Assembly (NCBI GenBank): GCA_030827125.1
Contig: JAURFD010000003.1
Location: forward strand, 193,607 to 257,606
DNA length: 64,000 bases
Reading direction: 5' to 3'
Origin: Candidatus Nanopelagicales bacterium
Lineage (GTDB): Bacteria; Actinomycetota; Actinomycetes; S36-B12
The notes beneath the pieces are model-generated. The model saw only the letters and a list, made by a program, of their open reading frames with translations. It ran no database searches and had not been told where the DNA came from. Below are positions 10,264 to 19,075 of the stretch, one piece after another (positions within the stretch are counted from its first letter, which is position 1; each line of letters starts with the position of its first letter). A program made the translations under genes and the position numbers.

Positions 10264-11859
10264 ATGACGTCGCTGTGGCGACGTTCCCTCCTGGTGCGCA
10301 TCACTGCCACCACCTTGGCACTGTCGCTCGTGGTCATCGGCGTGCTGGTTGTCCTCCTTCTCTCCCGAATCACCAGTGGACTGTTGGAATCGGCGGAGCG
10401 CGCCTCACTGACCGAGGCCAGTGCTGGCCTGATCGACGCCCAACGTATCGCCAGTGTGAGTACCACGGGCACGGCGAGCACCTCGCCCTCGAGCATCGTC
10501 GACACCATCGTCGCCTCGCTCGCCAGCCGCGCCGGCTCTCCACCCCAGTACGACGTTCTGCTCCTCGCCGGTGACATCAGCGGCGCCGCTCCGGAACGCG
10601 GCACGAACCTCGTGACGGACGCCAGCGTGCCCCCGGCGTTGAGCGAGACCATCGCCGCGACCGGAACGCAGGCGTGGACCTATACCGAGATCCGCTACCT
10701 CGACGGTCGCACTGCTCCCGGCCTCGTCGTTGGTGCGCCCCTGACGATTCCCAGCGTCGGCCCCTACGAGCTCTACTACCTCTTTCCTCTTGTGGAGGAA
10801 CAGTCCACGTTGGACCTCGTGCGCAGTGCGGTCGTGGGTACCGGCGTGCTCCTCGTCCTCCTCCTTAGCGCCATCGCCCTCGTTGTCACCCGCCAGGTGG
10901 TGGCACCGGTGCGCTCGGCCGCCCGCGTCGCCGAGCAGTTTTCCGAGGGCCACCTGCGCGAGCGCATGACCGTGCGCGGTGAGGATGACCTGGCTCGACT
11001 CGCGACCTCCTTCAATGACATGGCGGCCAGCCTGGAGGACCAGATTCACCGACTCGAGAACCTCTCGGCCGTGCAGCAGCGCTTCGTCTCGGACGTGTCC
11101 CATGAGCTGCGCACCCCGTTGACCACGATCCGGATGGCGGCCGACCTGCTGTTCGAAGACCGCCGGCACTACGACGCGCCGACTGCGCGAGCGGCCGAAC
11201 TCCTGCAGACGCAACTTGATCGCTTCGAGACCCTCCTCACGGATCTGCTCGAGATCTCGCGCTACGACGCGGGGGCTGCCGCGCTCGACCTCGACACGGT
11301 CGACCTCTCAGCGTTGACTCGACGGGCCGTCGAGGCGATGCAGCCATTGGTGGATGACCACGGGACCGCCGTTCGACTGCACGTCCTCGCCGAGAACTGC
11401 TCGGCAGAGTGCGATCCCCGTCGCGTCGACCGCATCCTGCGCAATCTGTTGGGCAACGCCATCGAGCATGGTGAGTCCGAACCCATTGACGTCACCGTGG
11501 GTGGAGATGACGAAGCCGTAGCCATCACCGTGCGCGACCACGGTGTCGGTCTCAGCGACGAACAGATCACCCACGTCTTTGACCGGTTCTGGCGAGCCGA
11601 TCCGGCACGGGCGCGCACCACAGGAGGCACCGGTCTGGGCCTATCCATCGCCCAGGAGGACACCCGACTGCACGCCGGATGGCTCGAGGTCTGGGGGGTA
11701 CCGGGAGGCGGGGCCTGCTTCCGGCTCACCCTGCCGCGGCGTGCCGACGTCACCTTGACGACGTCACCACTCCCCCTCGTCCCCCCCGATGCTGCCGCGG
11801 AAGACCAGGATCCTGCCGAGGGGTCAGCCGCGCTCGGCGAGCCGCAGGGGGCCTCATGA
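10264..11859 (+). CDS. mtrB: Sensor histidine kinase MtrB
   Basis: Two TM segments and a HAMP domain. H-box FVSDVSHELRTPLT, N-box LLGNAIEHG, G-box GGTGLGLSIA. Confidence 0.9.
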   Translation: MTSLWRRSLLVRITATTLALSLVVIGVLVVLLLSRITSGLLESAERASLTEASAGLIDAQRIASVSTTGTASTSPSSIVDTIVASLASRAGSPPQYDVLLLAGDISGAAPERGTNLVTDASVPPALSETIAATGTQAWTYTEIRYLDGRTAPGLVVGAPLTIPSVGPYELYYLFPLVEEQSTLDLVRSAVVGTGVLLVLLLSAIALVVTRQVVAPVRSAARVAEQFSEGHLRERMTVRGEDDLARLATSFNDMAASLEDQIHRLENLSAVQQRFVSDVSHELRTPLTTIRMAADLLFEDRRHYDAPTARAAELLQTQLDRFETLLTDLLEISRYDAGAAALDLDTVDLSALTRRAVEAMQPLVDDHGTAVRLHVLAENCSAECDPRRVDRILRNLLGNAIEHGESEPIDVTVGGDDEAVAITVRDHGVGLSDEQITHVFDRFWRADPARARTTGGTGLGLSIAQEDTRLHAGWLEVWGVPGGGACFRLTLPRRADVTLTTSPLPLVPPDAAAEDQDPAEGSAALGEPQGAS

Positions 11860-13559
11860 GGCGCCGCAGGCTGACCTGGTCCGCCATGGCCATGGCTCTC
11901 AGCCCCCTCGTCGTCGCGTGCGCCGCGGTTCCCACCAGCGGTCCGATCTATCAGGGTGAGGACGTCGGGGTCGAAGAGCCGAACCAGGTGATTCGTGTCA
12001 TCGCCCGTCCACCACGACCGGGCATGACACCCACCGAAATCGTGTCGGGCTTCATCGAGGCCTCCGCATCGTTCGAAGACGATCACGCCGTCGCACGCCA
12101 GTACCTCACACCGTCCGCGGCTCTGACCTGGGATGCGGCTGCCGGGAGCGTCGTCTACGAGGGTGTTCCCACGGTTGTTCCGGACGGACTCACCACTGTC
12201 GGCCTGACCGCCACCGAGACGGGAAGGATTTCCGTGGACGGTCGCTATCAGGTCGCGGCGACCGGCCGCATCGTCGACCTGTCCTTCACGGTGGAGTTCC
12301 TCAACGGGGAGTGGCGAATCGCCAACCCACCTCCCGGTCTACTCCTGAGCCGCTCCGACGTCGACCGGGCGTACCGGCCCTATGACGTGTTCTTCTTCGA
12401 TCCGACCTACCAGACCCTCGTTCCCGATTCGCGCCTCTTCCCACTGTCCGGGCCCTCGGCGGCCACCGCGCTCGTGCGTGCGCTCGTGGCCGGACCCAGT
12501 GGGTGGCTCGCTCCAGCCGTCCGCAGCAGCCTGCCCGAGGGCACGACCTTGGCCGTGGATGCCGTCCCCGTCATCGAGGGGATCGCACGGGTGGACTTCG
12601 ATCCCGCGGTGCGCCTCGCCGACGATGCCACGCGCCAGGCGATCTCCGCCCAGGTGGTGTGGACGCTGCGCCAGGCTCCCGGGGTCCGCTTCATCGACAT
12701 CAATGCCGGGGGGCAGCCCCTCGACGTTCCGGGTGCGGCGAACCCGCAGCCCATCAACTCCTGGCCCGACGCCGACCCCAACAGCATGCCCGCAGGCGCC
12801 ACGCCGCACGGCGTCGTGTTCGGACGGGCCGTCAAACTTGATGGCACGGCACCGCTTCCGGTGCCCGGCGGTTCAGGCCTGGCGAGCCCACCACTCACCG
12901 GTATTGCCGTCTCTTTGGACACCTCGCTCGTCGCCGGCCTCGATGCGGATGCGCGGCTGTGGATCGCCCCGGTGTCGGCCGGCAGCACCGCGACCCTCGC
13001 CATCGACGAGGTCGGACTATCGCGGCCATCCTTTGGCGGCGGCGAGTCCCCCTGGGTCGTGAACTCCGAAGGGTCGGTGCTGCGCGCCGAGCCGGACGGC
13101 ACGACCTACACCGTGCCGATCGATGGACTCAGCGCAAAAGCCACGGTGGAGTCCATCGCCATCAGCCGCGACGGTACTCGCGCCGCCCTCATCGTGCGGC
13201 GCGGCGAGCGATCCTTTGTCATGGTGGCCGTCATTGCCTTGCGCGAAGGCCAGCCCCGGTTGCAGAGCCCGGTGCGCGTCGACAACCGGCTCAATTCCGT
13301 CACCGATGTGGCGTGGGCGGACTCCGACACCCTGGCGGTTCTCGGCGCGGACGGCGCCGCCACTCCCGCGGTCTATCTCATCGACATGGCGCGCTTGCAG
13401 GTGCGATCCATCGGTGCACCGGCCGAGCCGGTGCGGGTGGGCGCCGCTCCGGGTGCGGCCATCCTGTCAAGCACCGTCGAGGGGTGGATCTACACCTTCA
13501 CCAACGGTCCGTGGCTGCGCGAGGTTCGCGCCACGAGTCCGGCCTATCCGGGCAGCTGA
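11856..13559 (+). CDS. lpqB: Lipoprotein LpqB (MtrAB accessory)
   Basis: ATG at 11856 overlaps the mtrB TGA (ATGA). Signal peptide with lipobox LVVAC. Conserved position after mtrB. The track ORF is extended 177 nt upstream, inside mtrB. Confidence 0.85.
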   Translation: MRRRRLTWSAMAMALSPLVVACAAVPTSGPIYQGEDVGVEEPNQVIRVIARPPRPGMTPTEIVSGFIEASASFEDDHAVARQYLTPSAALTWDAAAGSVVYEGVPTVVPDGLTTVGLTATETGRISVDGRYQVAATGRIVDLSFTVEFLNGEWRIANPPPGLLLSRSDVDRAYRPYDVFFFDPTYQTLVPDSRLFPLSGPSAATALVRALVAGPSGWLAPAVRSSLPEGTTLAVDAVPVIEGIARVDFDPAVRLADDATRQAISAQVVWTLRQAPGVRFIDINAGGQPLDVPGAANPQPINSWPDADPNSMPAGATPHGVVFGRAVKLDGTAPLPVPGGSGLASPPLTGIAVSLDTSLVAGLDADARLWIAPVSAGSTATLAIDEVGLSRPSFGGGESPWVVNSEGSVLRAEPDGTTYTVPIDGLSAKATVESIAISRDGTRAALIVRRGERSFVMVAVIALREGQPRLQSPVRVDNRLNSVTDVAWADSDTLAVLGADGAATPAVYLIDMARLQVRSIGAPAEPVRVGAAPGAAILSSTVEGWIYTFTNGPWLREVRATSPAYPGS

Positions 13560-14146
13560 GACTCGCGATCGAGGTCGGGCTCGAGGAACACGTAGGTGGC
13601 CGTCGGCACGGCAGCGCGCAGCCGCTTCTCCGCATCGTCGATGCCCGCGGCAATCTGGCGGCCCGTGTCCTGATCGCCAATGGCGATCTTGGCCGCGACG
13701 AGCAACTCGTCAGGGCCAACGTGGAGGGTCCGCAGGTGAATGACGCGATCCACGAGCGGGGAGGACTGCAGCGCGGCCCGGATCGCCGCCTCTTCCTCGG
13801 GCAGAGCCGACTCACCCACGAGCATGGCGGCCATCTCGAAGGCGAGGAAGATGGCGATGACTACGAGCAGGGTCCCGACCGCCATCGCGCCGACGCCATC
13901 CCAGCGACCATCACCGGTGATCACCGCGGCTGAGACGCCCAGCAGCGCGAACACCAGCCCGACAACCCCGGCATCCTCGAGCAGGATCACCGGCAACTCC
14001 GGTTGCCGGGAATCGCGCACGAAGCCCAGCAGCGATCTCTTCCCGCGTGATCGGTTGGCCTCCTTCAGCGCCATTCAGAAGGACGAGCCCTCGAGCGCAA
14101 TCGCGATGCCGAGATTGGCGAATAGTGCCGCCAGGACGGCACGCAT
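13544..14146 (-). pseudogene. Decayed cation-diffusion-facilitator (CDF) transporter gene
   Basis: A 23-codon fragment (MRAVLAALFANLGIAIALEGSSF) is followed by an in-frame TGA at 14075-14077, then a 176-aa ORF in the same frame (ALKEANRS..ELPVILLED..C-terminal cytoplasmic domain). The total is about 200 codons against about 300 typical. The N-terminal TM helices are missing. Confidence 0.6.
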
Positions 14147-14160
14147 ACCGCCCTCGGTGC

Positions 14161-15240
14161 TCACACCACGGCCCCGGTCACGATGATCGCCGTTCCCTCC
14201 GGGGCGATCTCGAGATCTGATTCACCCGGGGCGATCACCGCGGCGAGACCCTCGGGCACGTGCCGGACCTCGTCCAGGGTGGCGACTCTCGTCGCGCCGT
14301 GCAGGGAGATCACGACGCGATGCCGACCTGTCGCCGAACGCGTCGGGTGGTCGGCCAGCACCAGATCGAAGGGCATGTCTGCGGGTCGCATGACCTCACC
14401 GGCAAACCCGTGCAGCACGGCCGGTGCGTGATCGGGCCGCAACGCTCCCAAGGCCTCGTCCACGGCGATGGGCTTGCTCGTGAGCCCAAACCGCAGAACG
14501 TTGTCCGACGAGGTCATCACCTCAACGCCGAGCCCATCCACGTACGAATGGATGACTCCCGCGGGCACGGCCATGCCCTGCCCGGGATCGAGCCGACCGT
14601 GATCGAGCAGAACGGTGACCAGCACCCCCGGATCGGCCGGATGGGTGGCCGCAACCCGGGCCAGGGCGGACACGGCCTCGGTCGACCAGCCGGCCGCGGT
14701 TGCCGCCGCAACAAGCCGCCGCTCAATGACGGCGCACTCTGCGACCGGCAACGCCAGGATGAGTCCGATCGCGTCGACGCGATCTCCGCGGGCCGCGGCT
14801 TCCACGATGGCCTCGGGCGCTCCAGCACGACGGAGCACTTCGGCGGCCGCCTGGGCATCTCGCCAGCCGGCATGAACGTCGAAGGTCGTGAGCGCGACGA
14901 GCATCTCGCACTTCTCGGTGGGGTCGGCGTAACGCCGGTCTTCCTCGGGCAGGGCCTGGTCCGCCGCCCAGCCCCGCGCTGCGTGCGCGGCGTCGGGGTG
15001 CACCTGCAGGGAGAGGGGGGTCGACGCGGCGAGAAGTTTGACCAGGGGAACACCGTGGTGCTCAGGAAGCTCATCGAGGCTGCGACCGGCATCGGCACCC
15101 TCGGTGACGATGGCCGCCCCCGCCGGGTGCGTGCCGAACCACAGTTCGGCCTGCGGATTGCCGGTGCGCCCACACCAGCGGGCGAGCCCGTCGACGACAC
15201 CCCAGTCGTATGCCTTGAGTGCTCCGCGAACAACGTGCAC
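14161..15240 (-). CDS. manA: Mannose-6-phosphate isomerase, class I
   Basis: KAYDWG, ELWFGTHP and Zn-ligand region LSLQVHPD. GTG at 15240 lies 1 nt after the upstream TGA. The track ORF extension to 15411 overlaps the Trm112-like gene. Confidence 0.85.
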   Translation of the reverse strand: MHVVRGALKAYDWGVVDGLARWCGRTGNPQAELWFGTHPAGAAIVTEGADAGRSLDELPEHHGVPLVKLLAASTPLSLQVHPDAAHAARGWAADQALPEEDRRYADPTEKCEMLVALTTFDVHAGWRDAQAAAEVLRRAGAPEAIVEAAARGDRVDAIGLILALPVAECAVIERRLVAAATAAGWSTEAVSALARVAATHPADPGVLVTVLLDHGRLDPGQGMAVPAGVIHSYVDGLGVEVMTSSDNVLRFGLTSKPIAVDEALGALRPDHAPAVLHGFAGEVMRPADMPFDLVLADHPTRSATGRHRVVISLHGATRVATLDEVRHVPEGLAAVIAPGESDLEIAPEGTAIIVTGAVV

Positions 15241-15241
15241 G

Positions 15242-15430
15242 TCAGGCGTCCGGCTCGATGGCCTCATCGAGCAGCATGACCGGGATGCCCCCGCGGACCG
15301 GGAAACCCCGACCACAGGCCCGGCACACGAGGAGGCCACGGTCGGCGTCGACATCGAGGGGGGAATGGTCCTCGCTCGGGCAGGCAAGAATTTCCAGCAG
15401 CAGCGGATCAAGGCCCAGGGTGTCGCTCAT
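15242..15430 (-). CDS. Trm112-family small zinc-ribbon protein
   Basis: 62 aa. ILACP...LVCRACGRGFPVRGGIPVMLLDEA is the family signature. Confidence 0.75.
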   Translation of the reverse strand: MSDTLGLDPLLLEILACPSEDHSPLDVDADRGLLVCRACGRGFPVRGGIPVMLLDEAIEPDA

Positions 15431-15435
15431 GGGCC

Positions 15436-16854
15436 CTAAGTCTGCCGTACGAGTCCCAGCACCTCATCGCGGATGGCGGTCATCGTCGCCGCGTCGGACG
15501 CTTCGGCATTCAGGCGCAGCAGCGGCTCGGTATTGCTCGGCCGCAGGTTGAACCACCCGCGAGGCAAGCTCACGGTGAGTCCGTCGAGGTCATCGATGGC
15601 GACCCCGTCCTCGTCGGCATAGGTCGCACGGACCAGGGCCAGCACCGAGGGGACGTCCTGGACGACGGAGTTGATCTCGCCGCTGGCGACATAGCGGTCA
15701 TAGGGCGCGAGCAGCTCCGAGAGTCGCGTCTCCGCCGACGTGCCACCGAGCGCAGCAAGGACGTGCATCGCCGCGAGGAGCCCAGAGTCGGCCCGCCAGA
15801 AATCAGCAAAATAGAAATGCCCCGAGTGCTCACCGCCGAAGATGGCACCGGTGCGGGCCATCTCGGCCTTGATATAGGAGTGGCCCACCCGCGTGCGCAC
15901 GGCCCGTCCCCCGCTCTCGCCGATCACCTCTGGGACGACCCGCGAACAAATGAGGTTGTGCAGGATCGTCGATCCCGGTACCCGGGCAAGTTCCCGCGCC
16001 GCGATGAGCGCGGTGATCACGGACGGTGACACCGGTTCGCCGCGTTCGTCCACGACAAAGCAACGGTCGGCATCGCCATCGAAGGCGAGGCCGAGATCAG
16101 CACCCGTCTCGATCACCGCGGCCTGCAGATCGCGGAGGTTCTCCGGATCGATGGGATTGGCCTCGTGGTGGGGGAAGGAGCCATCGAGTTCGAAATACAT
16201 CTCCTGCAGGGACAGTGGGAGCGCGGGCAGCCCGGCCGCGGTGCCGAGAACCGCGGGAACCGTGAGCCCCGCCATCCCGTTGCCCGCATCGACAACGACG
16301 CGCAGCGGACGAATCCCCTCCAGCGGCACAAGATCGCGGAGGAAACGCGCGTAGTCGGGCAACGCGTCCTCGTGGCGGACCGTCCCCCGCGGGCCGTCAT
16401 AGGGGGGTAGGTCGGACTCGATCAGCGCTCGAATCTGCGCGAGCCCTGTCTCGGTGCCCACCGGGGCTGCTTCAGCTCGGCAGAGCTTGATGCCGTTGTA
16501 TGCGGCTGGATTGTGGCTCGCCGTAAACATGGCCCCCGGCAACTGTCGAGCGCCCGAGGCGAAGTAGAGCTCGTCGGTGCTCGTCTGCCCGAGGGTGATG
16601 ACATCAACCCCGCGTGAGGTGACACCGTCACAGAACGCGCGCACGAGTTCACCTCCGGACTCGCGCATGTCCTGTCCCACGACGCAGGCACCAGGTCCGC
16701 CATCGCTCGCACGGATCTGGAGGACTTCGACGTAGGCGGAACCGATCGCCCGGGCCAGGTCACCATTGAACTGCTCGGGAACGATCCCGCGAATGTCGTA
16801 GGCCTTGATCACCGAATCGAGGAGTGCGGCGTCAAAGGTGTGGCCCGCGGCCAC
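15436..16854 (-). CDS. Phosphomannomutase/phosphoglucomutase
   Basis: Phosphoserine loop FTASHNPAAYNGIK and Mg site AFDGDADRCF. GTG at 16854 lies 4 nt after the DUF3499 stop. The track extension to 17016 overlaps that gene. Confidence 0.9.
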   Translation of the reverse strand: MAAGHTFDAALLDSVIKAYDIRGIVPEQFNGDLARAIGSAYVEVLQIRASDGGPGACVVGQDMRESGGELVRAFCDGVTSRGVDVITLGQTSTDELYFASGARQLPGAMFTASHNPAAYNGIKLCRAEAAPVGTETGLAQIRALIESDLPPYDGPRGTVRHEDALPDYARFLRDLVPLEGIRPLRVVVDAGNGMAGLTVPAVLGTAAGLPALPLSLQEMYFELDGSFPHHEANPIDPENLRDLQAAVIETGADLGLAFDGDADRCFVVDERGEPVSPSVITALIAARELARVPGSTILHNLICSRVVPEVIGESGGRAVRTRVGHSYIKAEMARTGAIFGGEHSGHFYFADFWRADSGLLAAMHVLAALGGTSAETRLSELLAPYDRYVASGEINSVVQDVPSVLALVRATYADEDGVAIDDLDGLTVSLPRGWFNLRPSNTEPLLRLNAEASDAATMTAIRDEVLGLVRQT

Positions 16855-16858
16855 GGAG

Positions 16859-17281
16859 TCAGCCGTCCTGACCGGGCAGCGCGCGAAGATGCCCGCGCCG
16901 CACACCCTCCGAACCCACCGCGGGTCGCTGCTCCACCTCGTCGAACAGCGTCGCGGACGTCGCCGGAGCAGCAGCAGCCTCGCGAACCGCGTTGGCGAGT
17001 GCCTCAAGATCGTCACCCGAAGGTCCGGCCGCGGGATCGGGTTCGAGGTGCATCACCTGCCAGCCACGTGGCGCGGTGAGCCGGTCGGAGTGGATCTCGC
17101 ACAGGTCATAGCTGTGGGGATCCGGCGCCGACGACAGGGGGCCCACCACAGCGGTTGAATCGGCGTAGACGTAGGTCAAGGTCGCGGTCGCGGCGCGTCC
17201 GCAGGTAATGCGCGAGCAGCGGCGTCGGTGTCCCACGAATGCGGACGCTACCGGCCGAAGCGGCGCGTCCGAGGTCGCCAC
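16859..17281 (-). CDS. DUF3499-domain protein
   Basis: 140 aa. CSRITCGRAATATLTYVYADSTAVVGPL...PHSYDLCEIHSDRLTAPRGW matches my memory of the DUF3499 signature. Conserved position beside pmm. Confidence 0.7.
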   Translation of the reverse strand: MATSDAPLRPVASAFVGHRRRCSRITCGRAATATLTYVYADSTAVVGPLSSAPDPHSYDLCEIHSDRLTAPRGWQVMHLEPDPAAGPSGDDLEALANAVREAAAAPATSATLFDEVEQRPAVGSEGVRRGHLRALPGQDG

Positions 17282-17308
17282 GCCGACAGGGGGAAATTGG
17301 ATCGGTCG

Positions 17309-19075
17309 TTAGGGGGCGGCGGGAAGGCCGAGCTGGGGTTCCACCACGGCTCGAGGGACCTCCGCCTGCGTGCGAAGTGGTCGCCAGGGGTAGCCGGTGA
17401 TGAGCGACCCGTTGGCGTTGCGCTTGAGCGCTTCATGGGCGATGACGACCTCGCCTCCCTCCGGCACGGCCTGGAGGGCGTACCAGGCGGCACCTTCCGG
17501 TCGGGGAATCTGTACCTCGACGAGCCGGTCGCGCGGCACGCTCACCACGATGTCCTCGGGTACGGGCAGCGGATTGCCCGACTCGTCCACGGGCAGTACA
17601 CGCAGGGTTACTTGAACCGGCGCAGCTTCTTCGATGTCCTGCGTCGACGTCGGGTCGGGTTCTTCTCCGGGAAGCGGCAGCGGTTCAGAACTGATCGTGC
17701 GTAACTCCCCCGGGGCGGTGATCCACACGGTGACACCGGTCGCCCGCTGCGCTGGAAGGCCTGTGACTGCAGCGACCGAGGTGAGGCGGACAGCTCCGGT
17801 CGCAAAGGAGATCTCGTCGAGGGCATCTTTGGTCGCGTCGATGCCCGGGTGCCGTTGGCGAACGCCGGCGAGGATCGGTTCGTCCGACACCAGATCGACG
17901 GTGACCGCCTGACCTTCGGCGGCCGCGTCGAGATCGACCTGCACGACGGTGCCACCGGGCACGGCCACTTCGCTCAGCGCTGAAGGAACGTAGGAGCCAC
18001 CCGCGGTGATGAGGCGCACCTGCACCCGCGCATCGAGGTCACCGGGGGCATAGACGAGGAGTTGGCGAGCCCCTTCACCCGGGATGACACCCGGCACGAG
18101 GACGCGAGTGGCCGGCTCGGCTGAGGCCGGAATCCAGTCCGCTCCGCGGGGGAAGAAACCGTCTGTCTCCCGGTCGGAGAGTGCGGCCACGATGCGGCCG
18201 GCCCGCACCTGCACATGCCAGGACACGTAGGGCAGGCGGGGCGCCTCACGGGTCAGGCGCACCACGGTGCGGCTGCGTGGCTCGACCACGATGCCGCGCA
18301 GTCGCGGTGTGGTCACCGGGCCCTCCGGTCCGCTGATCTGCACCTCGAGTTCGGCCGGGGTCGCCTCGGGGTTGACGAGCACGAGGTCACTGTCGCGTCC
18401 GGCCACGCTGCCGCCCCCGACGAACCACCAGGAGGTCGCGGGTCCGAGGCACGCGAGACTGGACAGTCCTCGGCCGTCGTTGTAGGAGTCGACGGTGGTC
18501 TGCGTGGCGACGAGCCCGGGAGCCAGCGAACCCTGGGTCCGAATCTCCAGCGGAGGAAGGCGCCGTGACTCCGCCACCACCGTGGCGGCATCGCCCGGTT
18601 GGGCGAGCACCGGCTTGGGGGCCTCCTCACCGGACTCGTCCACGAGGAGCGGATCATCCTCACCGCCGAGGAAGGTGATCTCCGCGCTTCCCTCGCGATC
18701 TTGGCCGGGCAGGTCGGGCAGGACCATCATCGTCGAGGTAGTGCGGGACAGGTCCACCGATCCCGGCTCAGGGCAGACGGCCGTGGAAGAGTCGACCGGC
18801 TCCACAGCCGGTGCGGGGCTCGCGGACTCAGGCGACTGCAGAAGGAGCGAACCCACAACGGCGAGGATCAGGAAGACGCCCACCACGACCGCGAGCGATT
18901 GCCAGCCGCGAGAGTCCGGGGGGATCACCGCGGTCCCGCGTCGGCGGCGTGGTCGTCGCGATTCCGAAGCGGTCTCCTCGGGGGCGGTCTCCTCGGGGGC
19001 GGTCTCCTCGGGGGCGGTCTCCTCGGTGGTGATGTCTTCCGGAGTGGTGTCCTCAGGAGTGTTCTCGTCGCTCAC
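17309..19075 (-). CDS. Membrane-anchored exported protein, DUF5719-like (family assignment from memory)
   Basis: 588 aa. Acidic pentapeptide-repeat N-terminus, a basic patch, one TM helix (WQSLAVVVGVFLILAVVGSLLL) and a large extracytoplasmic domain. GTG start overlaps the GT2 stop (GTGA). Confidence 0.65.
   Translation of the reverse strand: MSDENTPEDTTPEDITTEETAPEETAPEETAPEETASESRRPRRRRGTAVIPPDSRGWQSLAVVVGVFLILAVVGSLLLQSPESASPAPAVEPVDSSTAVCPEPGSVDLSRTTSTMMVLPDLPGQDREGSAEITFLGGEDDPLLVDESGEEAPKPVLAQPGDAATVVAESRRLPPLEIRTQGSLAPGLVATQTTVDSYNDGRGLSSLACLGPATSWWFVGGGSVAGRDSDLVLVNPEATPAELEVQISGPEGPVTTPRLRGIVVEPRSRTVVRLTREAPRLPYVSWHVQVRAGRIVAALSDRETDGFFPRGADWIPASAEPATRVLVPGVIPGEGARQLLVYAPGDLDARVQVRLITAGGSYVPSALSEVAVPGGTVVQVDLDAAAEGQAVTVDLVSDEPILAGVRQRHPGIDATKDALDEISFATGAVRLTSVAAVTGLPAQRATGVTVWITAPGELRTISSEPLPLPGEEPDPTSTQDIEEAAPVQVTLRVLPVDESGNPLPVPEDIVVSVPRDRLVEVQIPRPEGAAWYALQAVPEGGEVVIAHEALKRNANGSLITGYPWRPLRTQAEVPRAVVEPQLGLPAAP
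18971..19075. repeat. 15-bp tandem repeat: 3 perfect and 4 degenerate units
   Basis: ggtctcctcgggggc occurs 3 times exactly (18971-19015), followed by four diverged 15-mers up to the start codon. On the minus strand it encodes MSDEN-TPEDT-TPEDI-TTEET-APEET-APEET-APEET. Confidence 0.85.
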
